From NCBI RefSeq assembly GCF_036365525.1, contig NC_090396.1, forward strand, positions 22,420,283-22,484,282: a DNA stretch of 64,000 bases, read 5' to 3'. Made by a program: the position numbers and the translations under genes. This document shows positions 25,121-37,234 of the stretch, one piece after another; the stretch's first letter is position 1, and the number at the start of each line of letters is the position of its first letter. Source of the DNA: Heterodontus francisci (Eukaryota). The notes under the pieces are model-generated. The model saw only the letters and a program-made list of their open reading frames with translations, ran no database searches and was not told where the DNA came from.

Positions 25121-27079
25121 ACTTGTGTGACATATATTCCAAAGGGGTTGACTGAATGGATGGATGTGACAATTGTGGGACATGCAGGGAAAGCTACTGT
25201 CAAGTTTAAATATCGGTTTCATGTTTAGGAGAATTGCCAAGAAGCAAGATCCATGGACTGGCAGAATGGGGTGGAAGAGTGGAGAGGAAGAGAGCACAGT
25301 GCAAATACATTAGAGGGTCCAAAAGTGACTCTTATGTCAGAAAACAATTGCATTCTGGAGAAAGAGCCTCTGATAGCACAAGAGGGAGATCTCACTGTCG
25401 TAGTCCTGCCAGACATCAAAGTGCAAGTAGAGGTCGTAGCCTGAATAGATTAAACAATAAAATGAGAGCTACTGAAGTCTCCGAACAGAGCTAGAAGCAG
25501 ACCGTGAAGTCTTGGTAGCTGCCAAGAGAATAAACTAATAAGGGAGGCAAAACAAAAGGAATTATACAGTTGGAGAGAGTTTGGAGTTTATTCTGAAGTA
25601 CCAGATAAGGGGCAGCCAGCTTTGTCATATAGGTGGATTTGTACTGAAAAAGTCCTTGCAGATGGGACTTATAAGACGAAAGTGAGGTTAGTTGCTGTGG
25701 GTTTTGAAGAGCGACTGGGTGATACAAATGTTAGAGTGGACTCACCGACAGCTGGAAAAGTAATTTTGAAAATCTTTTTAGCCCTTTTGGCCACATATTC
25801 ATGGGAGTGTAGATCAATTGGCATAAAAGCCGCATTTCTGCAGGGCGATACCTTTTAGAGAAGTGTTTCTGAAACTGCCCAAAGAGGCAGCAGATGCAAA
25901 AGGAAAACTATGGAAGCTAAACAAATGTGTCTATGGCCTGAATGATGCTTCCAGGGTGTGACAGTTTTTGATGAGAGTTGTTTTGCTGAAAATAGGTTTT
26001 GTTCAACTAAAAACATATCCTGCAATGTTTTATTGATATCATAAAGGAAAACTTACAGGCATCTTCGTGATGTATGTTGACGATTTTTTGGGTGGTACTG
26101 TAAAATTTGAGAAATGTATTATTAATAAGATGCGATTAAAATTTAAGATTGGAAATCTGACTGCTGAGGCTTTTAATTATAGTGGTGTCAGTATTGAGCA
26201 GAGTACATCTGGAATAACTTTAAATCAACAATCCTATTTACAGAGTGTTACTCCTATCTCAGTTAATCATGTTAGGTCATCACAGAAAGATGATGCTATA
26301 TCTAAAGAAGAGACAGGGCAATTGCGAAGCTTGTTTGGCCAATTGAACTGGTTGTACACTCAGACTAGATCAGATGCTAGTTTTGATGTGTTGGAGTTAA
26401 GTACTATGATGAAACACCCTAAAGCTGAGAATGTTTTAAGGGCAAATAAAACATTGAAAAAAATTAAATCTGGAGAAATGTTCCTATCCTTAGGTGACCC
26501 AAAGAACATGAAACTAGTCATTTTTTGTGATGCTTCACATGCTAATCTTCCTGATGAGTATTCAAGTGAAGCTGGTTTCACAATATTTATGATAGGTGAA
26601 AATGGAAACTGTTGTCCTTGAGTTTGGGAAGCTAAAAGAATAAAAAGGATTGTTAAAAGTACTGCAGCTACCAAAACATTGGCTCTCATGGAGGCAGTGG
26701 ATATGAGATTCTATTTGTCAAATATTTCAAGTGAGACGTACTGAAGATAGTATACCCACTGAATGTTACGTGGATAATTGTTCATTGTGGGATAATGTAC
26801 ACCCTGTAAAAAGTGTGAGAAAAGGTTATGAATTGATCTTGCTGGCTTGAAACAAATGTTGGAGAGAAAGGAAATCTCTAAAATTAAATGAGTGAATGCA
26901 AGTCATCAACTTTCTGATGTTTTACAGAAAAAAATGCTTGTACAAAGAAATTGTTAGGGTCCTAGAGTAGGGACGTCTCGTAATGTAATACTTTGCACAG
27001 AATATGGAAGTTTTTTGATTTGTTTTGAAATTTTGTTTGTGCATATTAATGCTAAGTTTTATTTAAAGAGAAGGGAATC

Positions 27080-27291
27080 TGTTAATTGTATATCAAATGT
27101 GTTTCATTATATGCAGGTGGAGGGCATTAATTGGGCTTTCTCTTGAGCACATATAAAAAGACACTGAAACTGAGGAGTGTTTGAGTTAGTAGGTGTATGC
27201 TTGTCATGTTTCACTGTGTAAATAAATGCAGGACTGAGTAAAGATTGACTCCTATACTATCCTTCACCAACTGGCTTTCTGAAATATAACA
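27080..27291 (+). repeat. copia 3' LTR
   Basis: Preceded by PPT 27065-27077 and followed by TSD AGCTG. Confidence 0.9.
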
Positions 27292-27614
27292 AGCTGGACC
27301 TGTTCCTGGTTGGGGCAGAAATCACCGATTACAAAAGGTAGGTACTTGTGGGATTTCAAATCCAGAGTAATCTCCTGGACTAGTTTTGATCACCCAGATG
27401 GATTGGAGAGGAATTTGCCAAATTTTCTTTCTGCGGTTAGCCTGGGTTTTCACCTCTCTGAGCAGTTCACATGGTTTCAGGTGGGTTAGAGAGTCTGTAG
27501 ATTGTGATACACAAGGTATCGCAGTATGTGGGACAGGCTGGATGGACCAGAGGGGCTTTTATTGCCTGCAATTGATCGTACGTTCATATTTGCGTAGTCA
27601 ATAGATGCGTAAGC

Positions 27615-29670
27615 AGCATGCGATAGAGCTAAGTGATCCCATTACCAACGGATAAGATCTAAGCTCTGCAGTCCTGTCACATCCAGCTGTGAATGGTGGT
27701 GGACAATTAAACAACTAACTGGAGGAGGTGGCTCCACAAGTATCCCCATCCTCAAAGATGGGGAGCCCAGCAAATCAGTGCAAAAGATAAGGCTGAAACA
27801 TTTGCAACAATCTTCAGCCAGAAGTGCCGAGTGGATGATCCATCTTGGCCTCCTCCCGAAGTCCCCAGCATCACAAATGCCAGACTTCAGCTAATTCAAT
27901 TCACTCCACCTAATATCAAGAAATGACTGACAGCACTGGATACTGCAAAGGCTCAGGGCCCTGACAGCATTCTGACAATAGGACGGAAGACCTGCGTTCT
28001 AGAACTTGCCGCGCCCCTAGCCAAACTGTTCCAGTACAGCTATAACACTGGCATCTACCCGGCAATGTGAAAAATTGCCCAGGTATGTCCTATACACAAA
28101 AAGGACAAATCCAACCCGGCTAATTACTGCCCCATCAGTCTACTCTCAATCATTAGTAAAGTGATGGAAGGTGTCGTCGACACGGCTATCAAGTGGCATT
28201 TGCTTAGCAATAACCTGTTCAGTGAGGCTCAGTTTGGGTTCTGTCAGGGCCACTCAGCTCCAGACCTCATTACAGCCTTGGTTCAAACATGGACAAAAGA
28301 ACTGAACCCAAGACTGAGGTGAGAGTGACTGCCCTTGACATCAATGGGAATCGGGAGAACATTGTCCACTGGTTGGAGTCTTACCTAGCACAAAGGAAGA
28401 TGGTTGAGGTTGTTGGAGGTCAATCAGCTGAGCTCCAGGACATCACTGCTGGAGTTCCTCAGGGTAGTGTCCTAGTCCCAACCATCTTCAGCTGCTTCAT
28501 CAATGACCTTCCTTCAATCATAAGGTCAGAAGTGGGGATGTTCGCTGATGATTACACAATGTTCAGCACCATTTGCGACTCCTCAGATACTGAAGCAGTC
28601 CGTGTAGAGATGCAGCAAGACCTGGACAATATCCAGACTTGGGCTGATAAGTGGCAAGTGCCAGGCAATGACCATCTCCAACAAGTGAGAATCTAGCCAT
28701 CTCCCCATTCAATGACATTGTGATCGCTGAATCTCTCACTATCAACATCCTGGGGGGTTACCATTGACCAGAAACTGAACTGGAGTAGCCATATAAATAC
28801 CGTGGATATAAGAGCAGGTCAGAGGCTGGGAATTCTGCAGTGAGTAACTCACCTCATAACTTCCCAAAGCCTGTCCACCATCTACAAGGCACAAGTCAGG
28901 AGTGTGATGGAATACTCTCCACTTGCCTGGATCAGTGCAGCTCCAACAACACTCAAGAAGCTTAACACCATCCAGGACAAAGCAGCCCGCTTGATTGGCA
29001 CCCCATCCACAAACATTCATTAAAATAAAAGCAAAATACTGCGGATGCTGGAAATCTGAAATAAAAACAAGAAATGCTGGAACCACTCAGCAGGTCTGGC
29101 AGCATCTGTGAAAAGAGAAGCAGAGTTAACGTTTCGGGTCAGTGACCCTTCTTTGGAACCCTTCCGAAGAAGGGTCACTGACCCGAAACGTTAACTCTGC
29201 TTCTCTTTTCACAGATGCTGCCAGACCTGCTGAGTGGTTCCAGCATTTCTTGTTTTTATCACAAACATTCACTCCCTCCATTACCGATGCACAGTGGCAG
29301 CAGTGTGTACCACCTACAAGATGCACTGCAGCAATGCACCAAGACTCCTTTGACAGCACCTTCCAAACCCGTGACCTCTACCACCTAGAAGGAGAAGGGC
29401 AGCAGATGCATGGGAACACCACCACCTGCAAGTTCCCCTCCAAGCCACACACCATCCTGACTTTGAACTATATTGCCATTCCTTCACTGTTGCTGGGTCA
29501 AAATTCTGGAACTCCCTTCCTAACAGCACTGTGGGTGTACCTACCTCACATGGACTGCAGCGGTTCAAGAAGGCAGCTCACCACCACCTTCTCAAGGGCA
29601 ATTAGGGATGGGCAGAAAATGCTGGCCTAGCCAGCGACACCCACATCCCAGGAATGAATAATAAAAAAAA
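27615..29670 (+). mobile_element. LINE family B, 5'-truncated RT copy
   Basis: ORF 28289-28696 AGVPQGSVLVPTIFSCFINDL...FADDYTM; ends gaatgaataataaaaaaaa. Confidence 0.93.
29020..29259. mobile_element. Penelope-derived inverted-repeat insertion with two hammerhead-like motifs
   Basis: 12-bp TSD cacaaacattca (29008-29019 / 29260-29271); arms 29061-29158 and 29162-29259 are reverse complements with one mismatch. Confidence 0.85.
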
Positions 29671-29716
29671 TTCCCAGAACTGATTAAGCTAGGCCATACT
29701 CCTAAGGTGTATAGAG

Positions 29717-30628
29717 TGTCATGCAGACCCCCACCTGCGAAGAATTAGGCCTATTAATTTTGTCATATACACATTGATTTTAAACTGTTGCTGGAATGAT
29801 GTAAGAACTTGTTAAAAAAAATCACCAGATGCTTGGCTGGAAAAACATTTGCATACTAACAGACAGTGCTTGGAGAGACAAAGGACTATTCCCTGTTCTA
29901 CTTAACCCAAAATGGACTGTGATCAGCAGACATTGAAGGTGAGGAAGCTCACATTCCAGGATGACTGCTAAGATGGTGGAATCCACAAACAGAAGTGGTC
30001 AAACTAGCTCGTCACATGACTAGCCTACTGGGCAACCTGGGGTTTTTGAACTAGCCACAGGACAGTGTGAATTCAGAAGGCTGTTGAAACTGAAGCGGGA
30101 GCAAGGAAGCCCCTCTCTCTCTCTCTCTGTCTCTCTCTCGCTTTCTCCCAAGCCACCGGACCCACGGAAGACACATAAACCTCAAGAGAGAAAAGACTCC
30201 AACCTCAAAACAAGTTGAAGCATGCACTGGGCCAAGTCTGACCGGCAACCAAAGACTTCACAGCAAACTCGGACAGTAAAATAGAAACCCATCTATTGCC
30301 TCAAACCTTTCCCCTTTATTCCTTCTTCTTTTTCTGTCTCTATCTGTGTGTGTGTTTATCGCGTATGCATGCTAGCGTGGTCGTGTCGCATATTCAGTCT
30401 TCGGTAACCGGATTAGAGTTTAAGGTTAATAAACTTCTATCTTTCTTGTTTAAAATCTAAGAAAACCTGTCTGAATCGATTTCTTTGCCTTACAATTGGA
30501 AAGTGGTGAACAAGGATTCACTAAGGGGGAGCTAAAACACGGTGTTTTTAAAAAATTAAATCCTGTTCCGGTTAAACCAGGCAAAGGCTGAGAGGGAACC
30601 CCCAGACCCCTCTCACCTAGTCGTAACT
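29717..30628 (+). mobile_element. Solo LTR (family X)
   Basis: Starts TGTCATG, ends TCGTAACT (last base differs from the ACA of the 11.6-kb copy); 4-bp TSD AGAG; AATAAA near 30428; (CT)n and (TG)n tracts. Confidence 0.85.
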
Positions 30629-30929
30629 AGAGCACATGGAATAAAGAAAGCAGCTGCAGTTCTAGGCCCCAGACAGCAGTCATCAGTCATCTCAGTTTAC
30701 CAGCTGTAGAGTGCAACTTGTTATTTGTCTCCTAGATTGCAAATTCTATTCAGCCTGATCTTCAGTGAAGAACATGTTGTTTCTCAGCTGGGGTCCCACT
30801 TTGTATGTGGTGTCAAGCTTTTTGTGTATAAACTGAGAATAATTTTTCTCTTTTGCCATTGTTCAGTAAAATGTATTCCTTGCTCAAATTATGCATCATT
30901 TGTGAATTGTTTGGTTTGCGTTGCGTGGT

Positions 30930-31070
30930 TTAAAAAAAGAAAGAATTTGCATTTAGATAGCGTCTTTCAACACCCCTGGATGGTCCAAAACACCTTACAA
31001 CCAATGAAGTACTTTTGAAGCATAGTCACTGTTGTAGTAGGGAAGTGCAGCAGCCAATGTGTGCACAGTA
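30930..31070 (-). mobile_element. SacSINE1-like Deu-SINE 3' part
   Basis: aaagaaagaatttgcatttagatagcg...ccaatgaagtacttttgaag..tagtcactgttgta. Confidence 0.7.
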
Positions 31071-31419
31071 CTAATGGCTCAGTAGTACCACACTCCATGT
31101 GACACTTCACATTGACTTAGCAAAAAGCCATATTTTCTGTCGCCATAAAAGAAGGCGCAGCCAGTAAAAAAACAAGTCATCATTGTAACTGTCAAGAAAG
31201 GCTTGTACATTGCAGAGAGTGCTATGGAATGCACCGTGCAGTATAACTGGGACAGATTCTTTTTATTAGCCTCATCTCAACATGGCACTTCCTCCAATTA
31301 TTGAATGGATGGAATATTAAGCAGCTGCGGGTGTACGATTCCCTGACCAGCACTTCCTGCCAGTGCCAGGAAAGCCAGCTGCGGCATCTGATGGTTACTT
31401 CGCCTGTCTCGGAGACAGT

Positions 31420-31560
31420 GAGGGTAATTTTAATCTAAATGGCCAATGGACATGGGGCGTGTTCAGATCGGAAACTAGTTTTGTGTGCTGCTCTATTTCA
31501 CTCCCATTGACTTCAAAATTGGACAAGGTGTAAACCCAAACCCATCCCAGAATTACCCCA
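31420..31560. mobile_element. Short MITE
   Basis: Ends gggtaattttaa / agaattacccc; internal cccattgacttcaa. Confidence 0.55.
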
Positions 31561-31877
31561 ATGCTCCCGTAAACTTGGCGCTGAAGGTTGGAAATGAAGT
31601 CAGGAAGGGACGTGAACCTGCACAGGATTGGAGGAGGCCGTGTGATCATCCTCAGTTAACCTGGCCCGTATCAGGCCAGTAGTAATCCAGTGGAACACTC
31701 TGGTACTGGGGATGAAGCCATACAACAGGGCCACAGATGGTCGATGCCATGGACCTCTCCTGACTAAACAAATTTGCTTCCTTGCCCTGAAATGTGCAAC
31801 ACCTCCACAATGCATCACATACACTATGTACCAGGAAAGTCATGTGTGATTATGCACCATGATAAGTAATGGTGAAC

Positions 31878-32015
31878 AGCATAGGAACACCCTGTGCCAC
31901 CATTCAATGAGATCATGGCTGATCTGTATCTTAACACCATTTATCTGCCTTGGTTCCACACCCCTTGGTACCCAAGAAAAATCTATCAATCACATTCTTA
32001 AAATTTTCAATTGAA
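31878..32015 (-). mobile_element. CR1 3' tail fragment
   Basis: cctgtgccaccattcaatgagatcatggctgatctgtatctt, as in other CR1 tails. Confidence 0.65.
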
Positions 32016-32429
32016 TTTTCATCAGTACAACATCACCCCAACTCTCAGAAATTGAGCTTTGAAATCTCTGGGATTTCTTTTTCACAACCCATTGCTTAAA
32101 AGCATGATGTTTATAGGCAATGGCATTTATAGGTTAAGAAAGAGAAAGCAAGAAAAAATGCTTTTAAACCATTCTGGTGGGTTCTATCAATCCATTGACT
32201 GCACTTAACAAGAGGAATTAGCTTGGTTTAAAAAAACAGCAATTATTGTGAGAATTTGTTGCCATTGTTCGATTTGCATATATGTAGATTTGACTGTGGG
32301 TGTTAATTGCCTTATTATCATAAACCTGCTAATCTTAGGAAGAAAAATTGCTGAGAATAACTCAGTATTCCTCTCACAAGGGACAATCTGGCAGAGAGGT
32401 TATTTTCATTCATCTGCTCTGTAAGCGTC

Positions 32430-33070
32430 TCACTTTCAGCTCTTTCCCACCTCCACTATCCTTTCCTATCCTTCTCACTTTATCGCCAAATCTCAGCTTT
32501 CCCTATCAGCCTTGTTTTCCCTCCATCTCCTCTGCTACTCCCCATCTCCACCTTCCCAGCTTTGCTTCACTTCCATCTTCTCCCACTCTCCCTCTAACCT
32601 TGTTTCCCCTTCCCCTCCATCTCCTTTCCCCCTTGCAGCCTTACTTCCCTTATGTCTTCTCTCCCCTCCCCTCTCAGCCTTGTTTCTAACCCCCATCTCC
32701 TCTCCCTCGCCTCCTCCCAGCTCTTGTTTTGTCTTTATCTTCATTCCCTCTCCCATTTCTTCTGTCCTTCTTGATCCCACTCCTCCTCTCACCTTCCAGC
32801 CTTCCTTCCCAAATACCTCCTCACTCTCTCCCTCCCATCCCTTGTTTCTCCCTTCATCTGCTGTCCACTCCCTCTCTCAGTCTTGGTTCCCTTCTATCTC
32901 CCAGTCCTTGCTTCCCCATGCTGCTGCTTCCTATCCCCTTTCATATCTCTTCTTTCCCTCTCCCTCTCCTCTCCTATCCCTCTTTCCCTCTCTCTCTCCT
33001 CTTTCTTTATCCTCCTATCCCTTGTTTCCTCCTTCTTCTCCTTATTTCCCCGCTGTCCCTTGTTTCTGTT
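32430..33070 (+). repeat. Polypyrimidine low-complexity tract / degenerate minisatellite
   Basis: About 640 bp almost entirely C/T on the plus strand, with a recurring ccttgtttc-like motif. Confidence 0.9.
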
Positions 33071-33993
33071 ATGTTAATCATTCAGTCAGCTGCCATTTGA
33101 ATGCATCTCCTGATAATCTGTCCAGTCAATCAAGTTTTTGATTTTTCTTTTATGTAGGATACTAAGTGAGAGAAAGGTCTTTTTCCCTTTTTTCCAAACA
33201 AGGTTATAACTTTTTAAGACAAAAGAGTAAGTCCCCAGAGAAAGGCTTAGATCTGCCAACATTCCAGCTGCACAGAGCAGCCTTGCCTCACAGTCGGGAG
33301 AATTAACCGAATGTCCTGAGGTTGTGAAAGGTGCTATATAAATGCAAGTCTCTCTTTTTACTGGACTGGAGTGTCAGCTTAGATCATGTGCTCAAATCTA
33401 TGGGGCTTCAATCCACAATCTTCTCACTCAGAGGTGAGATTACTTTCAGGTTTAGCCAATCAGTCATCTAGAGCTGTAAACAGCAGACAGACAATGACCT
33501 GTGGGTAAAGAAATAATTAAATATACGCACAGACTGCCTCGTCGACAGTAACAAAATGGCAGGGGCCCTGGATTTTACTTACTTAGATTTGATTAGGTGG
33601 TTGCTTGGTTTAGTGGTGAGACATTCAATTGTTGCAATATACAGAATTAAACCGGCAATGGAGCGAGAAGGGGTCAATATCTAGTTATACAGAGCAGTTT
33701 GTGTGTTGTCATTAATAACCTAAGTCATCAATCTGGATTGTAGAAGACAAATGACAAGGGTAATTTGTCGCTGTCAAATGGTTAGGTATCAGCCTGAAAC
33801 CGCTGCAGTATAGTAAACCCTCATTAAACTGCTGACTTATATCTGATAGAGTGGCAGTTTCACTTGTTCATTTTGCTCATATTAGAGCAGTAAGCGTTTT
33901 GTAGTGTGTGCCAGATCTCAATATTTTCCAGGTCATGTTATACAGCAGGTTGCACTGTGCATCAGGTCATTGTATACATCAGGTACCTTATAC

Positions 33994-36900
33994 GAACATA
34001 TATACGAACATACGAAATAGGAGCAGGTGTAGGCCACTTGGCCCCTCACCCTGCTCTGCCATTCAATAAGTTCATGGCTGAACTGATTACTCCACATTTC
34101 CACCTAGCCCCGATAACCTTTCACCCTCTTGCTTAGCAAGAATCTATCTACCTCTGCCTTAACAATATTTAAAGACTCCTCTTCCATCGCCTTTTGAGGA
34201 AGAGAGTTCCAAAGACTCACGACCCTCTGAAAGAAAAAAATTCTCCTCATCTCTGTCTTAAATTGGCGACCCCTTATTTTTAAACAGTGACCCCTAGTTC
34301 TAGATTCTCCTACAATGGGAAATATCCTTTCCACATTCACTCTGTCATGACCCCTCAGGTTTCAATCAAGTCGCCTCTTACTCTTCTAAACTCCAACAGA
34401 TATAAGCCCAGCCTGTCCAATCTTTCCTCATAAGACAGCCCGCCCATTCCAGGTATTACTCTGGTAAACCTTCTCTGAACTGCTTCCAACACATTTACAT
34501 CCTTCCTTAAATAAGGAGACCAGCACTGTACACAGTACTCCAGATGTGGTCTCATCAATGCCCTGTATAGCTGAAGCATAACCTCCCTACTTTTGTATTC
34601 AATTCCCCTCGCGATAAATGATAACATTCTATTATCTTTCCTAATTAGGTGCTGTACCTGCATACTAACCTTCTGCGATTCATCCACTAGGACATGCAGA
34701 TCCCTCTGCATCTTAGAGCTCCGCAATCTTTCACCATTTAGATAGAATCATAGAACGTTTAAGGCACAGAAAGAGGCGACTTGGTCCAACGTGTCTGTGT
34801 CGGCCGAAAAATTATCCATCTATTCTAATCTCACCTTCCAGCATTTGGTCCATAACCCTGCCGATTACAGCACTTGAGGTGCATATCCAGACTCCTTTTG
34901 AATGAGTTGAGGGTCTCTGCCTCAACTACCCTTTCAGGCAGTGAGTTCCCGACCAACACCACCTTCTGGGTGAAAAAGATTTTCCTCATCTCCCCTCTAA
35001 TTTTTCTACCAATCACTTTAAATCTATAGTCCCTTCACCTCCACTCTATCCAGGCTCCTCAAAATTTTGTACATTTCAATCAGATCTCCCCTCAGCCTTC
35101 TCTGTTCCAAGGAAAACAACCTCAGCCTATCCAATCTTTCATCATAGCTGCATTTTTCCAGTCCTGGCAACATCCTCGTAAATCTCCTCTGTAACCTCTC
35201 TAGTGCAATTACATCCTTTCTGTATGAGGTGACCAGAACTGCACACAGTATTCAAGTTGTGGCCTAACCAATGAGTTATACAATATGCTTCAATTTTATT
35301 CTTCTTGCCAAAGTGGACAATTTCACACTTTCCCACATTATACTCCATTTGCCAGGTCTTTGCCCATTCACTTAACCTATCTATATCCCTTTGTAGTCCC
35401 CTTATGTCCTCTTCACAAGTGACTTTCCTACCTATCTTTGTATCATCAGCAAATTTAGCAACGATACCTTCGGTCCCTTCATCTAAGTCATTTATATAAT
35501 TTGTAAAAAGCTGAGGCCCCAGAGCAGATCCCTGTGGCACACCACTCGTTACATCTTGCCAACCAGAAAATTTATGCCTACTCTCCATTTCCTGTTAGCT
35601 AACCAATCTTCTATTCATGCCAATATGTCACCCCCGACATCATGAGCTTTTATTTTCTGCAATAACCTTTGATATGGCACCTTATCAAATGCCTTCTGGA
35701 AATCTAAGTACAATACATCCACCAGTTCCCCTTTATCCATGGCACATGTAACTCCCTCAAAGAACTCCAATAAATTGGTTAAACATAATTTCCCTTTCAC
35801 AAAACCATGTTGACTTTGCCTGATTACCTTGATTTTTTCTAAATGTCCTGCTATAACATCTTTAATAATAGCTTCTAACATTTTCCCTGAGACAGATGTT
35901 AAGCTAACTGGCCTGTAGTTTCCTGCTTTCTGTCTCCCTTCCTTTCTGAATAAAGGAGTTACATGCACTATTTTCCAATCTAACGGAACCTTCCCCGAAC
36001 CTTGGGAATTTTGGAAAATTAAATCTAACGCATCACCTATTTCACTAGCCACTTCTTTTAACACGGGGACTTGTCAGCCCGCAACTCCAACAATTTGTTC
36101 AGTACCACTTCCCTGGTGATTGTAATTTTCTTGAATTCCTCTTTCCCTCCATTTCCTGACTAACAGCGAATATTGGGATGTTACTTGTATCCTCAATAGT
36201 GAAGACCGCTGCAAAATACCTGTTCAATTCATCTGCCATCTCCCTATTCTCCATTATTAATTCCCCAGACTCACTTTCTATAGGTCCAATGCTCACTTTG
36301 GTAACTTTTCTTTTTTAAATATCTATAGAAACTCTTACTATCTGTCTTTCTATTTCTCGCTAGCTTTCTCTCATACTCTAATTTTACCTTCCTTATCAAT
36401 CTTTTAGTCGTTCTTTGCTGTTTTTTTATATTTTGTCCAATCTTCTGACCTGCCTTCCATCTTTGTGCAATTATATGCTTTTTCTTTAAGTTTGATACTA
36501 TCTTTAACTGTTTTCGTTAAACACAGATGGCAGGTCTCACCCTTGGAATTTTTCTTTCTCATTGAAATGTATCTATTCTGTGTATTCTAAAATATCCCCT
36601 TAAATATCTGCCACTGCATCTCTATTGACCTATCCCTTAACCTAATTTGCCAGTCCACTTTAGCTAGTTCTGCTTTCTTGCCCTCATAATTACCCTTATT
36701 TAAGTTTAAAATACTAGTCTTGGACCCACTCTTCTGTCCCTCAAACTGAATGTAAAATTCAATCATATTATGAACGCTGCTTCCTAGGGGCACCTTAGCT
36801 ATGAGGTCATTAATTAATCCTATCTAGTTTCACAATACCAGGTCTAGTATAGCCTGCTGTCTGGTTGGCTCCATAACATACTGTTCCAAGAAATTATCCC

Positions 36901-37140
36901 GAAAACATTCTATGTACTCCTCATCCAGGCTACCTCTGCCCATCTGATTTTTCCAGTTTATATGTAGGTTAAAAGACCCCATAATTATCATTGTAACTTC
37001 CTGAAAAGCTGCCATTATTTCTTCTATTATACGCCGTCCTACAGTGTGGTTAATGTAAGGTGGCCTGTACACCACTCTCACAAGTGACTTCTTGTCCTTA
37101 TGATTTCTCATCTCTACCCAAACTGCTTCTATATCCTGGT
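33994..37140 (-). mobile_element. Long CR1 LINE copy, same subfamily as 14882-18190
   Basis: (catacgaa) tail; NYRPVSLTSV, LDFQKAFDKVP, VPQGSALGP, KFADDTKI; truncated within the endonuclease. Confidence 0.95.
34745..35281 (-). mobile_element. Second CR1 subfamily 3' fragment nested in CR1
   Basis: Interrupts ccatttagata|atatgctt, which is contiguous in the 15.6-kb copy; has its own gaatcatagaa tail. Confidence 0.85.
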
Positions 37141-37234
37141 TGCAGCAGGTCACATTGTGCATCAGGTACATTATACATCGGGTACATTATACACCCTTCA
37201 CAGTATATATCATGCCATGTGTATGCCATGTTGC

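Larger units (their letters stand above)
21347..26990 (+). pseudogene. copia gag-pol polyprotein, disrupted
   Basis: Gag YPPMF...EQWKNEVAIWTRVTSLPKREQGMALALSLP; degenerate zinc knuckle CFRFDSKYHYAMNCP; protease VLDSACTSIVCG; integrase HSQFGH...CAIC and AAESPFSN; RT KVRLVAVGFEE, IKAAFLQG, KCVYGLNDASR, YVDDFL; RNase H FCDASHANL. Confidence 0.92.
21088..27291 (+). mobile_element. Full-length decayed Ty1/copia LTR retrotransposon, GalEa-like
   Basis: LTRs 21088-21252 and 27080-27291 (TGTTAATTG...TATAACA); 5-bp TSD AGCTG; tRNA-iMet PBS; PPT aaagagaagggaa; domain order Gag-PR-IN-RT-RH. Confidence 0.93.
20770..27590 (+). mobile_element. CR1 3' fragment split by the copia element (host parts about 20770-21087 and 27292-27590)
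   Basis: RLIPRIKHLS.KDRLKELG; the frame NSFKQEL|DLFLVG continues across the insertion. Confidence 0.75.
33929..37195 (+). repeat. ~16-bp minisatellite (catcaggtacattata) split by the CR1 insertion; units at 33929-33993 and 37141-37195
   Basis: The same unit occurs on both flanks of the long CR1. Confidence 0.6.

Noticed and set aside
32348-33141. Several overlapping Pro/Ser/Leu-rich ORFs
   Set aside because: C/T-rich sequence lacks stop codons; no domain or splice support.
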